Position numbers and translations under genes: made by a program. From a virus, in IMG/VR virus record IMGVR_UViG_3300029362_000002: a DNA stretch of 64,000 nucleotides; one strand, 5' to 3'. Shown piece by piece: positions 46,743 through 55,006 of this stretch (within the stretch, counting starts at the first letter, position 1; the number at the start of each line of letters is the position of its first letter). The notes below the pieces were generated by a model, which searched no databases, had not been told where the DNA came from, and worked only from the letters and a program-made list of their open reading frames with translations.

Positions 46743-46974
46743 CTCAGTTGAGGATAAGATACAAATGCGCAAAGCCTTATAAATAAAGGAAAATCTTCAT
46801 ATTATAATAAAAAACGTGTGACATTGTCCCATCAATGTCACGAAACCGTCACGTCACTATTACTCTATATCTATTTCTGTATCTAAATCTTTTTCTATCT
46901 TTTTCTTTTATTCTCACTATTAGTTATTGAATGTTGCAGTTGCGAAAATAATTTGCATAAATAGAGCAAAACTA

Positions 46975-47003
46975 TTGACAAATACGCAAGTGCGAGTTAT
47001 AAT
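46975..47003 (+). promoter_or_regulatory. Early promoter P1 (TTGACA-17-TATAAT) with a CGCAAGTGCGAG 12-mer in the spacer
   Basis: Consensus -35 and -10 elements. Lies inside a 61-bp perfect repeat (46961-47021 = 52976-53036). Confidence 0.7.
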
Positions 47004-47112
47004 ATATACATAATCAAACAAAACACAAGAACCAAACAGGTGGGTGTTATTTTTTTACCCAAATGGTTCGCAAATGCGAGATTGATTAAATAATCTGAAA
47101 GGAGAACACCAG

Positions 47113-47268
47113 TTGGCAAAAAGAAAGAAACCGGAAGACAAAGAAAAAGAACTGCTTGAGAAACGACTTCTTAAAATCCAGTTTTACGAGAGCCTGACCA
47201 GCATCGTAGTTGCCATAGTAACAATGCTCTTAGCAGTTGTTACGGCGATCTTAAATTGGATTAAGTAA
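47113..47268 (+). CDS. Hypothetical 51-aa protein with a C-terminal TM helix
   Basis: The TTG start lies about 9 nt after GAAAGGAG; it is the first ORF downstream of P1. Confidence 0.35.
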   Translation: MAKRKKPEDKEKELLEKRLLKIQFYESLTSIVVAIVTMLLAVVTAILNWIK

Positions 47269-47351
47269 ATCGAACCAAACAGTTCCTTGGTAGCAGGGGA
47301 GCGGTAACTCCCCTTGGCTATCAAGTCTACCATATAGGAGGACAGAAAGCA

Positions 47352-47516
47352 ATGAAAAAGCTGAGAAGATTTTTGACAGTGTTGCTGTTTATCAATTTTT
47401 CATGGGGAATGGCAACCGGGATGGAGCCGTTAAACTTCTGGTTGGTAATGGCAAATGGTACAGCAGTGATCGGCCTGGCAGTAGATGAGATGGAGGAAAG
47501 AAGATGGAAACACTGA
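47352..47516 (+). CDS. Hypothetical 54-aa membrane protein
   Basis: The ATG follows TAGGAGGA. Two hydrophobic segments. Confidence 0.4.
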   Translation: MKKLRRFLTVLLFINFSWGMATGMEPLNFWLVMANGTAVIGLAVDEMEERRWKH

Positions 47517-47665
47517 TGAAGAAAGCAAAAGATATGATCGAGAAATTGGATTTTAATGGCTGCATAGAATTGTTCAATCAGCTTCCAAGTGGTCATCCGA
47601 TGATCGACCTGGTATTTGACAGAATGGAAAGCCTTGATCCAGAAAGATTTGAAGAGTGGCTGTGA
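47504..47665 (+). CDS. Hypothetical 53-aa protein
   Basis: The ATG lies 7 nt after GGAGG and overlaps the upstream ORF. Confidence 0.4.
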   Translation: METLMKKAKDMIEKLDFNGCIELFNQLPSGHPMIDLVFDRMESLDPERFEEWL

Positions 47666-47683
47666 GAGAGTGAGGGAGGAAAA

Positions 47684-47881
47684 ATGAAGTTAAATGACAT
47701 TGTAATGGCATCTACGCAAGATACAAAAATCAGAGTGGTTGTAAAACTGTACGGAACGAGCTTCCGCACAGAACATTTTCCAGAATACTTCTTAGAAAGT
47801 GAAGAGATGGATGAACTGATGGACAGAGAGGTTGTGGATATCAGAGTAGTTGATAATCTTTTGGAAGCCACATTGAGATAG
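47684..47881 (+). CDS. Hypothetical protein
   Basis: GAGGGAGGAAAA RBS. Confidence 0.45.
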   Translation: MKLNDIVMASTQDTKIRVVVKLYGTSFRTEHFPEYFLESEEMDELMDREVVDIRVVDNLLEATLR

Positions 47882-47902
47882 GCAAGCAGGAGGACATAAA
47901 CA

Positions 47903-48100
47903 TTGGCAGTGCGAAGAACTTACTACAGGGATCGATGGAATGAAAAGAAGGTATGGGAAGTTGTAAAACTGGTTGGTGGCTATTATCTCCGGCAGTATAT
48001 CAGCGGTCAGCAGGTAGGAAGAGGGATGAAGACATCGAAGAAATTTATCAAGAGCATAGGCGTTTTTGAATTTGAAGAAGTAGGAGGAATTACAGGATGA
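47903..48100 (+). CDS. Hypothetical protein
   Basis: TTG start after GCAGGAGG. Confidence 0.4.
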   Translation: MAVRRTYYRDRWNEKKVWEVVKLVGGYYLRQYISGQQVGRGMKTSKKFIKSIGVFEFEEVGGITG

Positions 48101-48477
48101 AATGGGATGTTAAACACGACAGAGCAAAGAAAGTAATTGATCGTTTCCTGGATAACGCAGGATACTGGCAGGAGTCAGAAGACCTGGTTACAGGCCTGAC
48201 GGATGAAGAGAAGGAACTGGTAAATGCGGAAGTTGAGCTGATGATCGCATCCATCAGAAAGCGTTACAAATTGCAGGAGCGCTTGCCAGAGCAGGTAGCT
48301 GAAGCAGAAAAGCCAGCAGAGAAAGCAGTAGAGGAACCGATAGAAGAACCGGTTAAAAAGCCAAGAGCAAGAAAGCCGAAGACAGAGAATGCGACAGAAG
48401 AGAAGCCGGCAGCAAAGAGAACAAGAACCAAGAAAGCGGAAAAGGAGAAAGCTAAAGACCATGGGGAAAATGATTAA
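48097..48477 (+). CDS. Hypothetical protein with a Lys/Glu/Pro-rich tail
   Basis: 4-nt overlap with the upstream gene. Confidence 0.45.
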   Translation: MKWDVKHDRAKKVIDRFLDNAGYWQESEDLVTGLTDEEKELVNAEVELMIASIRKRYKLQERLPEQVAEAEKPAEKAVEEPIEEPVKKPRARKPKTENATEEKPAAKRTRTKKAEKEKAKDHGEND

Positions 48478-48766
48478 TTGGAGCATGAAGGACACTAATG
48501 GTTGCGTACAGAGAGGGCAGATGTTCCTCTCTCAGCTTCCGAAAATTCTTCTGAGTTTTGAGAATAGCGCAGCGGAAACACTGAGAAGAACCGGAGCCGA
48601 CCACGTACTTTATGCGGTTAAAATTTACAATACAGCAGACGAATTGACAGCAGTGCAGTTCTATATGAATCCGATGTCAGATGAGGAATTTTCCAAAGTG
48701 GCCGGAAAAGGACGAGGAACTATGATATATGCGTTGCATAGCAGAAAGGTAAAGGTGGCGGGATGA
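48461..48766 (+). CDS. Hypothetical protein (start uncertain)
   Basis: In-frame ATG inside ORF-track 48389..48766, beyond most of the overlap with the upstream gene. Confidence 0.4.
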   Translation: MGKMINWSMKDTNGCVQRGQMFLSQLPKILLSFENSAAETLRRTGADHVLYAVKIYNTADELTAVQFYMNPMSDEEFSKVAGKGRGTMIYALHSRKVKVAG

Positions 48767-49029
48767 AAAAGAAAATCGAAGAGCTGTTTCGACTGGCAAT
48801 GAAAGCCCAGGAGAAAACAAGCGCATACGTGTCATTCGAGACATCAAATCACGGATGGGGATGTGTGGTAATGATTATGGATGATGGCTTCGAGGTAAAA
48901 CATGGGTATGATGGTTGGTACGAAATGGATATGTTTTATTCGGATGAAAGATCAGAGGAACAGTATCAGAAAGCAAAAGAACATTTAATCAGATTACTCA
49001 GAAAAAAGAGAAAGGTGGCAACAGCATGA
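48763..49029 (+). CDS. Hypothetical protein
   Basis: 4-nt overlap. Confidence 0.45.
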   Translation: MKKKIEELFRLAMKAQEKTSAYVSFETSNHGWGCVVMIMDDGFEVKHGYDGWYEMDMFYSDERSEEQYQKAKEHLIRLLRKKRKVATA

Positions 49030-49418
49030 ATACGGTAGCAAAGCTGACACAGAAGCAGATTGAAAAACTTGCAGTGGAGATCCGGACGTTTCTCCTGGAA
49101 CACGATATGTGGGTGGACACTCAGATTTATTTCAACGGAAAATGCTTTGACACACACGACAAGGAGACAGGCGAGTTCTATTACAATGATCCGGAACATC
49201 TGGTTGTGAGAGAAAACGAGGACCCAAGAAGATATTTTGAGAATGTGGCAGAAGACCATATCCTCAGTATGGCTTTTGAAGGCAGTGTGTGCCATATGCT
49301 TTGGTATGGGACCAATCCTGGAATCAAGAAAAAATTTGATAGAATTTTTGAAAAAAGAGGAATTTATTACGAGTTTGGAGACCACTGGAACTTCACCTGT
49401 TATTACATAGGAGAGTGA
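49026..49418 (+). CDS. Hypothetical protein
   Basis: 4-nt overlap. Confidence 0.45.
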   Translation: MNTVAKLTQKQIEKLAVEIRTFLLEHDMWVDTQIYFNGKCFDTHDKETGEFYYNDPEHLVVRENEDPRRYFENVAEDHILSMAFEGSVCHMLWYGTNPGIKKKFDRIFEKRGIYYEFGDHWNFTCYYIGE

Positions 49419-49425
49419 GCAAAAT

Positions 49426-49620
49426 ATGGGACACAGAAAAATGTCAGCCTACGGAGAAAGAGAACACAATGGCAGATATGTATTGGATGATTATGAATTT
49501 TCACGGAATCATACCAAGGCAGAGACAATCAGAAGATGGAGAAGAGACTTAAAAAAGAAAGCAAGATCCCGCAGGAGAAAAGAAATCTACAAAGCGATGC
49601 AGAATTGCAGAGAGGAGTAA
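49426..49620 (+). CDS. Hypothetical basic protein
   Basis: Tight packing. Confidence 0.4.
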   Translation: MGHRKMSAYGEREHNGRYVLDDYEFSRNHTKAETIRRWRRDLKKKARSRRRKEIYKAMQNCREE

Positions 49621-49621
49621 A

Positions 49622-50074
49622 ATGGCATATTTGAATATTCAGAAGGCAGAGTTTAACAGAGCAACGGAGAATTTAATCGAGATCGCTTGGAAGTACGAAA
49701 GCCTGAAGGTAGAGTATGATTTCTTAACAAATACAGATAGCATGAGCTGGAAGCATCTTTTCGTTGCATGGGCGAATGAGTTCGAGGAATTGCACGGCTC
49801 AAAGAATTGGAATGAAATCGACGAGGACTATTACGAAACCATTGAAAGATTCGCAGAAGAAAAGATCATGGGTTGGGCTGGAAAGAAAAAGAGAATAGTA
49901 GTAGGCCGACACATGGAAGGAATCACGCTGAATCCGCTGGAATGGCTGTTGAGCAATGATGGAGCGGAAATAATGACATTTAATAGCGTTGACGAGGCAA
50001 AAGGTTTTCTCAAAGGAAAAGGATACCAGGAAGAGGACATGGAGTTTCTTCGATTTGTAGAGGAGTGGATGTGA
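49622..50074 (+). CDS. Hypothetical protein
   Basis: Tight packing. Confidence 0.45.
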   Translation: MAYLNIQKAEFNRATENLIEIAWKYESLKVEYDFLTNTDSMSWKHLFVAWANEFEELHGSKNWNEIDEDYYETIERFAEEKIMGWAGKKKRIVVGRHMEGITLNPLEWLLSNDGAEIMTFNSVDEAKGFLKGKGYQEEDMEFLRFVEEWM

Positions 50075-50075
50075 C

Positions 50076-50312
50076 ATGGTTGGATTACTGAACGATAGAT
50101 GTATCCGGGTTTATTCAGAAATGAATGAGTGGATGGACTGTATTTTTATTGTAAGTGCAGAAGATGCGGAAAGGGCTGAAAAGGTTCTGCAGGAAGCATG
50201 GGACAGCTACTGGGAAGATGGAGATGGCTGGTGCTACGGAAATTATCTGTCGGACAAGATGATTAAAGCCGGTATTTCATTTGACGTATATTATGCGGAT
50301 TCGGAGGAATAA
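50076..50312 (+). CDS. Hypothetical acidic protein
   Basis: Tight packing. Confidence 0.45.
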   Translation: MVGLLNDRCIRVYSEMNEWMDCIFIVSAEDAERAEKVLQEAWDSYWEDGDGWCYGNYLSDKMIKAGISFDVYYADSEE

Positions 50313-50316
50313 AGGT

Positions 50317-50703
50317 ATGCAGAGTAAGAAAGTGCTTCTGATCGGAAGTTACTCACCGGAAAATGAAGGCAAGCCAGAGATAATCGACCGAGATTATTAC
50401 CGGCAAGGATGGATTTTCAAGGATGAAGATGCTTTTCAGAACAGGCCAGACGATGTTTGCTATATTCCGGAATTGTCGGACGAAAAGTATACGAGGAACG
50501 ACATACTGAAAATACTTGCCGGAGACGAAGAACTGGCGAAGACAATGTTCGAGGAACTGGATTGGCAGCATCCAGAAAGTCTGTTGGAAGACTGGAAAGC
50601 AAATGGCGAAATTGCTTGGTGCCCGCATTGTGTAGGATATGTTCAGACCTATGGTGAGGAGATTGAAAAGTGCCCGGTATGTGGCACAGAATTGGAGGAT
50701 TGA
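50317..50703 (+). CDS. Hypothetical protein with a C-terminal zinc ribbon (CPHC..CPVC)
   Basis: The ATG at 50317 follows CGGAGGAATAAAGGT. Confidence 0.45.
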   Translation: MQSKKVLLIGSYSPENEGKPEIIDRDYYRQGWIFKDEDAFQNRPDDVCYIPELSDEKYTRNDILKILAGDEELAKTMFEELDWQHPESLLEDWKANGEIAWCPHCVGYVQTYGEEIEKCPVCGTELED

Positions 50704-50704
50704 G

Positions 50705-51109
50705 ATGGAAGAAAAGAAAATTGTTGAGACGTTGTTTGTGAGAAGATCCGTCAACGTGTCGGAACAGGATATAGACGATATTCTTTGCACTGCATTTGAA
50801 GGAGGAATCACTTATTGGTGCGACAGCGTAAGAGTCGTTGGAAATTACCTTGGAAAATATGCAAGCGATCAAATCAGCAGAGGCGGAAAACTGAAATTTC
50901 ATGTGGAAGAACCGTTCGACAATGAAGAAACAGAATGGTACGAAATGGATCAGGAAAAGTTTCTGCACGGATTACAGGAGTGGCTGAACTGTTCAAGAAA
51001 CAGCAGCTCTTGTTTATACGAGAACAAGATTGACTGCAGTCAGATTGACGCACCGATGGCGGACGAAATCATCCAGTACACTTTGTTTGATGAAATTATC
51101 TTTGACTAA
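50705..51109 (+). CDS. Hypothetical protein
   Basis: The ATG at 50705 follows TTGGAGGATTGAG. Confidence 0.45.
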   Translation: MEEKKIVETLFVRRSVNVSEQDIDDILCTAFEGGITYWCDSVRVVGNYLGKYASDQISRGGKLKFHVEEPFDNEETEWYEMDQEKFLHGLQEWLNCSRNSSSCLYENKIDCSQIDAPMADEIIQYTLFDEIIFD

Positions 51110-51123
51110 AGAAAGGAGAAAAA

Positions 51124-51474
51124 ATGAGCAAAGGAATTGTTACACAGCATGAAACGATCTGTTTCATTTGTGGCCGGCGGGCAGAAGCAGAACATCACTT
51201 GATTTTCGGAACAGCAGGAAGAGAACTGTCAGAGAAAGACGGATTGAAAGTTCCGGTATGTAACAACTGTCATAATATGGGCCAGAAGCTGTGCCGGATT
51301 CACGAAAATCCTATGGCAGAGAGAATGTCAAAGATGATCGGGCAGCTGGCCTGGGAAAGAGAGTGGCTGTTAAAAAATACGGTAACTATCAACAGCAAGG
51401 GACAGATGGCGAAGGTAGAAGGAAATGTAGTCAGATCACAATTCATGAAAAGATATGGCAGATCATATTTGTAG
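51124..51474 (+). CDS. HNH-like zinc-finger protein
   Basis: CFICG..EAEHHLIFG...VPVCNNCHN pattern. Confidence 0.4.
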   Translation: MSKGIVTQHETICFICGRRAEAEHHLIFGTAGRELSEKDGLKVPVCNNCHNMGQKLCRIHENPMAERMSKMIGQLAWEREWLLKNTVTINSKGQMAKVEGNVVRSQFMKRYGRSYL

Positions 51475-51550
51475 GAGGCGAGAGTATGGGAGCTATACTA
51501 ATGTTACTGTTTTTGTTATACGTTGGGTACAGAAAGTGAGGAAAAGAACT

Positions 51551-52078
51551 GTGAACAATCAGGAAATTTTGGAAGCATTAAAAAAATCAGTAGCAATGCC
51601 GCCGGTCCTTTGCATGAACGAAAGAAGTGTGATATTCGTTGATTATGCGGATGGACATGGCGAGGCAAAAACCCAGGTAAATAATTGGTTCCGTTGTCCT
51701 TGCTGCAGCAGCATTGTGGGAGAGAGAAGAATTGTGGCTAAAAGAGCAGTCGATCAGAGGAAGAAGCCCTACTGTGAGAAATGTGGCCAGAAGATAAAAT
51801 GGACTGTAGGAGATGAAGAACAGAGCAGACTTATTACTGTAAATACTCCAGACACAGAGTACACAGTGCTGGCAAAGCGGATTGACGATGGAAGATATGT
51901 ACAGCTTGGAGGAGTATTCGGAAACGAGCTGCTTTGTAGAAAACGCTTCGAGGAGAAGGTGAGAAACCAGGAAATTTTTTACGGAATTGATTTAAGCACC
52001 GCAGTATTTGCAAAGAGAGAGACAGTGACACTGACAGAAGAATGGGAGGCAATGGGAAATGTTGATCTGGAGATGTAA
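51551..52078 (+). CDS. Hypothetical zinc-ribbon protein (start uncertain)
   Basis: CPCC...CEKC pattern. The GTG at 51551 follows GAGGAAAAG. The ORF-track start at 51455 overlaps the upstream gene. Confidence 0.4.
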   Translation: MNNQEILEALKKSVAMPPVLCMNERSVIFVDYADGHGEAKTQVNNWFRCPCCSSIVGERRIVAKRAVDQRKKPYCEKCGQKIKWTVGDEEQSRLITVNTPDTEYTVLAKRIDDGRYVQLGGVFGNELLCRKRFEEKVRNQEIFYGIDLSTAVFAKRETVTLTEEWEAMGNVDLEM

Positions 52079-52388
52079 GAAGTGTGGGTGGATAGGAAGG
52101 GACTCCGACCTGGGCCTGCATTATGGAAATGATGAGGAATATTGTCCTCGGTGCAAGGAAGTAGATAGCATTGCAACAGTTGATTTTTCTGACCGCTTCA
52201 ACAGCCAGGAAGTTGAAAAGCTGTGGCAGTTTTTTGGAGAAATCCCCATTGATGATGAAGATGCTATTTTGGAAGAGTTCCTGGGATTTTCGGAAGGAAC
52301 GGACAGAATAGAAATCTGGCACTGGTTTGATGAGAATTATCCGGAAGGAGTGACCGAACTGGTAAACGGAGGAAGACATGGTAATTGA
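52059..52388 (+). CDS. Hypothetical zinc-ribbon protein
   Basis: CKKC...CPRC pattern. Confidence 0.45.
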   Translation: MLIWRCKKCGWIGRDSDLGLHYGNDEEYCPRCKEVDSIATVDFSDRFNSQEVEKLWQFFGEIPIDDEDAILEEFLGFSEGTDRIEIWHWFDENYPEGVTELVNGGRHGN

Positions 52389-52722
52389 GAGAACTATATT
52401 AAGCAAAGTGGCAGAACTTAATGGGATTTCTATCTGTGATGAGAGAACAGTGAAAATCGAGTTGACAGAGGCAGAAATCGAAGAAGCGTACCGGATCAGG
52501 GAAAGAGAATATCTGGAAGAGGATATAAAGAATGCTGTTGAAGAGTTCTGCGATTATTGGGGGATTCCTAAAGGTATTGCCGGAGGCTTAAATGACAATC
52601 CGGATATCATCTGCAAGATTGCGAGCTTGTACGAAAAGAATCAGGACACAAATGTAGCATCTGCTGATACGATGAAAGAGGCGGTAAAACAGGTTTTGAA
52701 AAAGGAAGGAGTTTGGAAATGA
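52378..52722 (+). CDS. Hypothetical protein
   Basis: Tight packing. Confidence 0.45.
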   Translation: MVIERTILSKVAELNGISICDERTVKIELTEAEIEEAYRIREREYLEEDIKNAVEEFCDYWGIPKGIAGGLNDNPDIICKIASLYEKNQDTNVASADTMKEAVKQVLKKEGVWK

Positions 52723-52976
52723 GCAGGGTAGTTTATCCGGCAAGGGAAACCGTAACGGAGATCAGAGGCGAAGATGCGGCAGAGATCATCAATAAAATGA
52801 TGGAGAAGGAAGGAATGACGCAGATCCAGCTGGCTCAGAAAATGGGAATCACCAGACAGAGAGTGAGCAGATTGATTTCTGGGAATATGAGATATGAGAA
52901 TTTCGTGAGGATTATCAATGCTGCTGGGTATGATGTGAAAATTGAAAAACGCAAGTGCGAGAAAAACTCGAAATAA
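52719..52976 (+). CDS. XRE-family HTH DNA-binding protein
   Basis: MTQIQLAQKMGITRQRVSRLISG HTH. ATGA overlap with the upstream gene. The 3' end contains the 12-mer CGCAAGTGCGAG (52950-52961). Confidence 0.6.
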   Translation: MSRVVYPARETVTEIRGEDAAEIINKMMEKEGMTQIQLAQKMGITRQRVSRLISGNMRYENFVRIINAAGYDVKIEKRKCEKNSK

Positions 52977-52989
52977 TAGAGCAAAACTA

Positions 52990-53018
52990 TTGACAAATAC
53001 GCAAGTGCGAGTTATAAT
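52990..53018 (+). promoter_or_regulatory. Early promoter P2 (identical copy of P1)
   Basis: TTGACA-17-TATAAT with CGCAAGTGCGAG in the spacer; lies within the 61-bp repeat 52976-53036. Confidence 0.7.
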
Positions 53019-53064
53019 ATATACATAATCAAACAATAAATAAAACATTTGGGAGGTATATATT

Positions 53065-53247
53065 ATGGCAACATTAGAAAATGATATCAAGGTAGCAGAA
53101 GAAAGAATCAGAGAAATGGAGAAAAGAAGAAGCTATTTTGCTGAAAAATATGCAGAAACAGGAGAATCATTTTACAAGAAGATGGCAGAGAGCGAAACAG
53201 ATATGATAGCAGAAGTAAGACAGGCAATTATAGAGGCATTGGTGTAA
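53065..53247 (+). CDS. Hypothetical coiled-coil protein
   Basis: TGGGAGG RBS; first ORF downstream of P2. Confidence 0.45.
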   Translation: MATLENDIKVAEERIREMEKRRSYFAEKYAETGESFYKKMAESETDMIAEVRQAIIEALV

Positions 53248-53308
53248 TTTTTTTACCTACATAGCTCGCAAATACGAGACAGAATCGCACTTGCAGAAAG
53301 GAGTACGA

Positions 53309-53494
53309 ATGAGCCATCAGAGAAAGACAAAGGATCGGTGGGACATAATGACAAACTGAGGATATGGCTGGGAGTGTGAGAACAGCGAATACACCAGTGC
53401 AGATGCAAAGAGAAGCCTCAGAGAGTACCGAGAGAATCTTGCAGGAAGAGCAGAGGTGAGAATGGAAAAGCACAGAGAGCCGATCACAGCATAA
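53309..53494 (+). pseudogene. Small ORF interrupted by an in-frame TGA at codon 17 (nonsense mutation or read-through)
   Basis: AAAGGAG RBS, then MSHQRKTKDRWDIMTN-TGA-GYGWECENSEYTSADAKRSLREYRENLAGRAEVRMEKHREPITA, all in one frame. Confidence 0.5.
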
Positions 53495-53512
53495 TTTTAG
53501 GAGGAATATAGC

Positions 53513-53842
53513 ATGGCATTATTAGAGGTTAAGACAAGTTACGCAACATATACAGATTGCACATTAAGAGTAGGACAGTATCAGATGGATGGCAGTATTG
53601 CAGTTGAAATCTTCAGTAGAAGAGAGGGGCCAGTTGCAAGGATTACCGTTTGTCTGTGCGATTCAGCATTAGCAGAAAATGAAGCGTATGTGGATACAAA
53701 TAATTGCCCTTGGGTAGTGGATTTCTTGGAGGCGAAAGGGCTGGCAAAATCGACTGGAAGAACGAGACGTAGCGGATATTGTATTTATCCATCAATGAAA
53801 TTCAACAGAGAGAAAATGGCAGAGTTTGAGGGAGGGTACTGA
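53513..53842 (+). CDS. DUF4313-like protein
   Basis: Sequence pattern recalled from DUF4313 proteins of mobile elements; TAGGAGG RBS. Confidence 0.45.
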   Translation: MALLEVKTSYATYTDCTLRVGQYQMDGSIAVEIFSRREGPVARITVCLCDSALAENEAYVDTNNCPWVVDFLEAKGLAKSTGRTRRSGYCIYPSMKFNREKMAEFEGGY

Positions 53843-53843
53843 A

Positions 53844-54755
53844 ATGGAAAGATTATATTGCACAATCAACGAAGAACAGGCCAGAATCGCACACGATATG
53901 ATGTCTATGAGCGACTACAAGGTAGGCAGTAAGACAGAAGAATACAGAGGATATGTCGATAAAGCCTATGACTTGGCCGAGAAAGTTGCAGAAGCAAGGC
54001 CGAGGGAAACGGATAGAGTTGAAGCATTGGCAAAGAGATATTCAAAGAGAATGGCCGAGTACATGAACCGGGAGAGCAATATCGGTTGCAGATGTCCTTC
54101 GGTTATGATTTCGGGTGCTGGCAATTTTCCAGTGAAGAAAAAAGAGAAACAAGTGCAGGCTTGGGAGAAGAACCATCAGTTTTATACTGAGACGCAGAAA
54201 ATCCTGGATAAGATCAAGGGGATTTTGAGAGGAAAGGATATCATCAAGTCCTCAGATGAGGACGCTATAGAACGTCTGGAAGAGAAGCTGGATGCTTTAA
54301 AAGAAAACCAGGAAAGAATGAGAGCTGTCAATAAAGCCATCCGCTTGAAGAATACCAAAAAGGGAGATGAGGAGCTTAAAATCCTGGGGTATTCCGATGA
54401 GCAGATCCAGGAACTGAGAACTCCGGATTTCATGGGAAGAGTTGGATTTCCAGCATACGCCCTGCAGAACAACAACGCAAATATCCATAGAGTAGAGGAA
54501 AGGGTGAAAAGCTTGAAAGCAGTCAAGGAAAAGGGAACAAAAGAAACGGAATTTGAGCTGTTTAAGGTTGTTGAGAATGTGGAAGCTATGAGGTTACAGA
54601 TTATTTTTGATGAAAAGCCGGAGGCAGATGTTAGAGCCGTTTTGAAAAAGAACGGTTTTAAATGGGCACCATCCCAGGGGGCATGGCAGAGAATGTTGAA
54701 TCCGGCCGGCAAATACGCATTGAACCGAGTGAAAGAAGAACTGGAGGCTGTATAA
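53844..54755 (+). CDS. DUF3560-like protein
   Basis: C-terminal FDEKPEADVRAVLKKNGFKWAPSQGAWQR pattern. The ATG at 53844 follows GAGGGAGGG. Confidence 0.5.
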   Translation: MERLYCTINEEQARIAHDMMSMSDYKVGSKTEEYRGYVDKAYDLAEKVAEARPRETDRVEALAKRYSKRMAEYMNRESNIGCRCPSVMISGAGNFPVKKKEKQVQAWEKNHQFYTETQKILDKIKGILRGKDIIKSSDEDAIERLEEKLDALKENQERMRAVNKAIRLKNTKKGDEELKILGYSDEQIQELRTPDFMGRVGFPAYALQNNNANIHRVEERVKSLKAVKEKGTKETEFELFKVVENVEAMRLQIIFDEKPEADVRAVLKKNGFKWAPSQGAWQRMLNPAGKYALNRVKEELEAV

Positions 54756-55006
54756 TGCCAGAACTTCTCACAGCAGAAATAGCCAATGAATACAGAATAT
54801 TGGCAGAAAATCTTCCGGAAAATGGTAGGCAAGATACAGGCGAGAGAAGAGAACTGCGGCAGGAACTTCAAAGGAGATGCGGACTATCGGAACTGCAGGC
54901 AATTAACATTTTGAATGGGTTTCATGTCAAAGACTACATAGCAATAAAAGAAAGGGAGTATGCAGAGAATGAGCGAAGAAAAGCAGAAAGAGATCAAGAC
55001 ACTTAA
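54755..55006 (+). CDS. Hypothetical protein
   Basis: The ATG overlaps the upstream TAA. Confidence 0.4.
   Translation: MPELLTAEIANEYRILAENLPENGRQDTGERRELRQELQRRCGLSELQAINILNGFHVKDYIAIKEREYAENERRKAERDQDT

Noticed and set aside
47327-47871. Minus-strand ORFs 47327..47596 and 47593..47871
   Set aside because: The + strand carries small ORFs with clear GGAGG sites here (47352, 47504, 47684), in line with the surrounding operon. The minus-strand ORFs have no RBS.
53357-53359. Genome-wide TGA recoding (alternative genetic code) as the explanation for the in-frame TGA
   Set aside because: Many well-supported genes in this window terminate at TGA, often in ATGA overlaps. Examples are the terL stop at 15013-15015, the Mu F-like gene stop at 18743-18745 and the chaperone stop at 28111-28113. 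A global reassignment is therefore not consistent with the sequence.
53228-53473. 81-aa minus-strand ORF
   Set aside because: It is antisense to the RBS-preceded, TGA-interrupted + strand ORF, and it runs across the conserved operator-like element.
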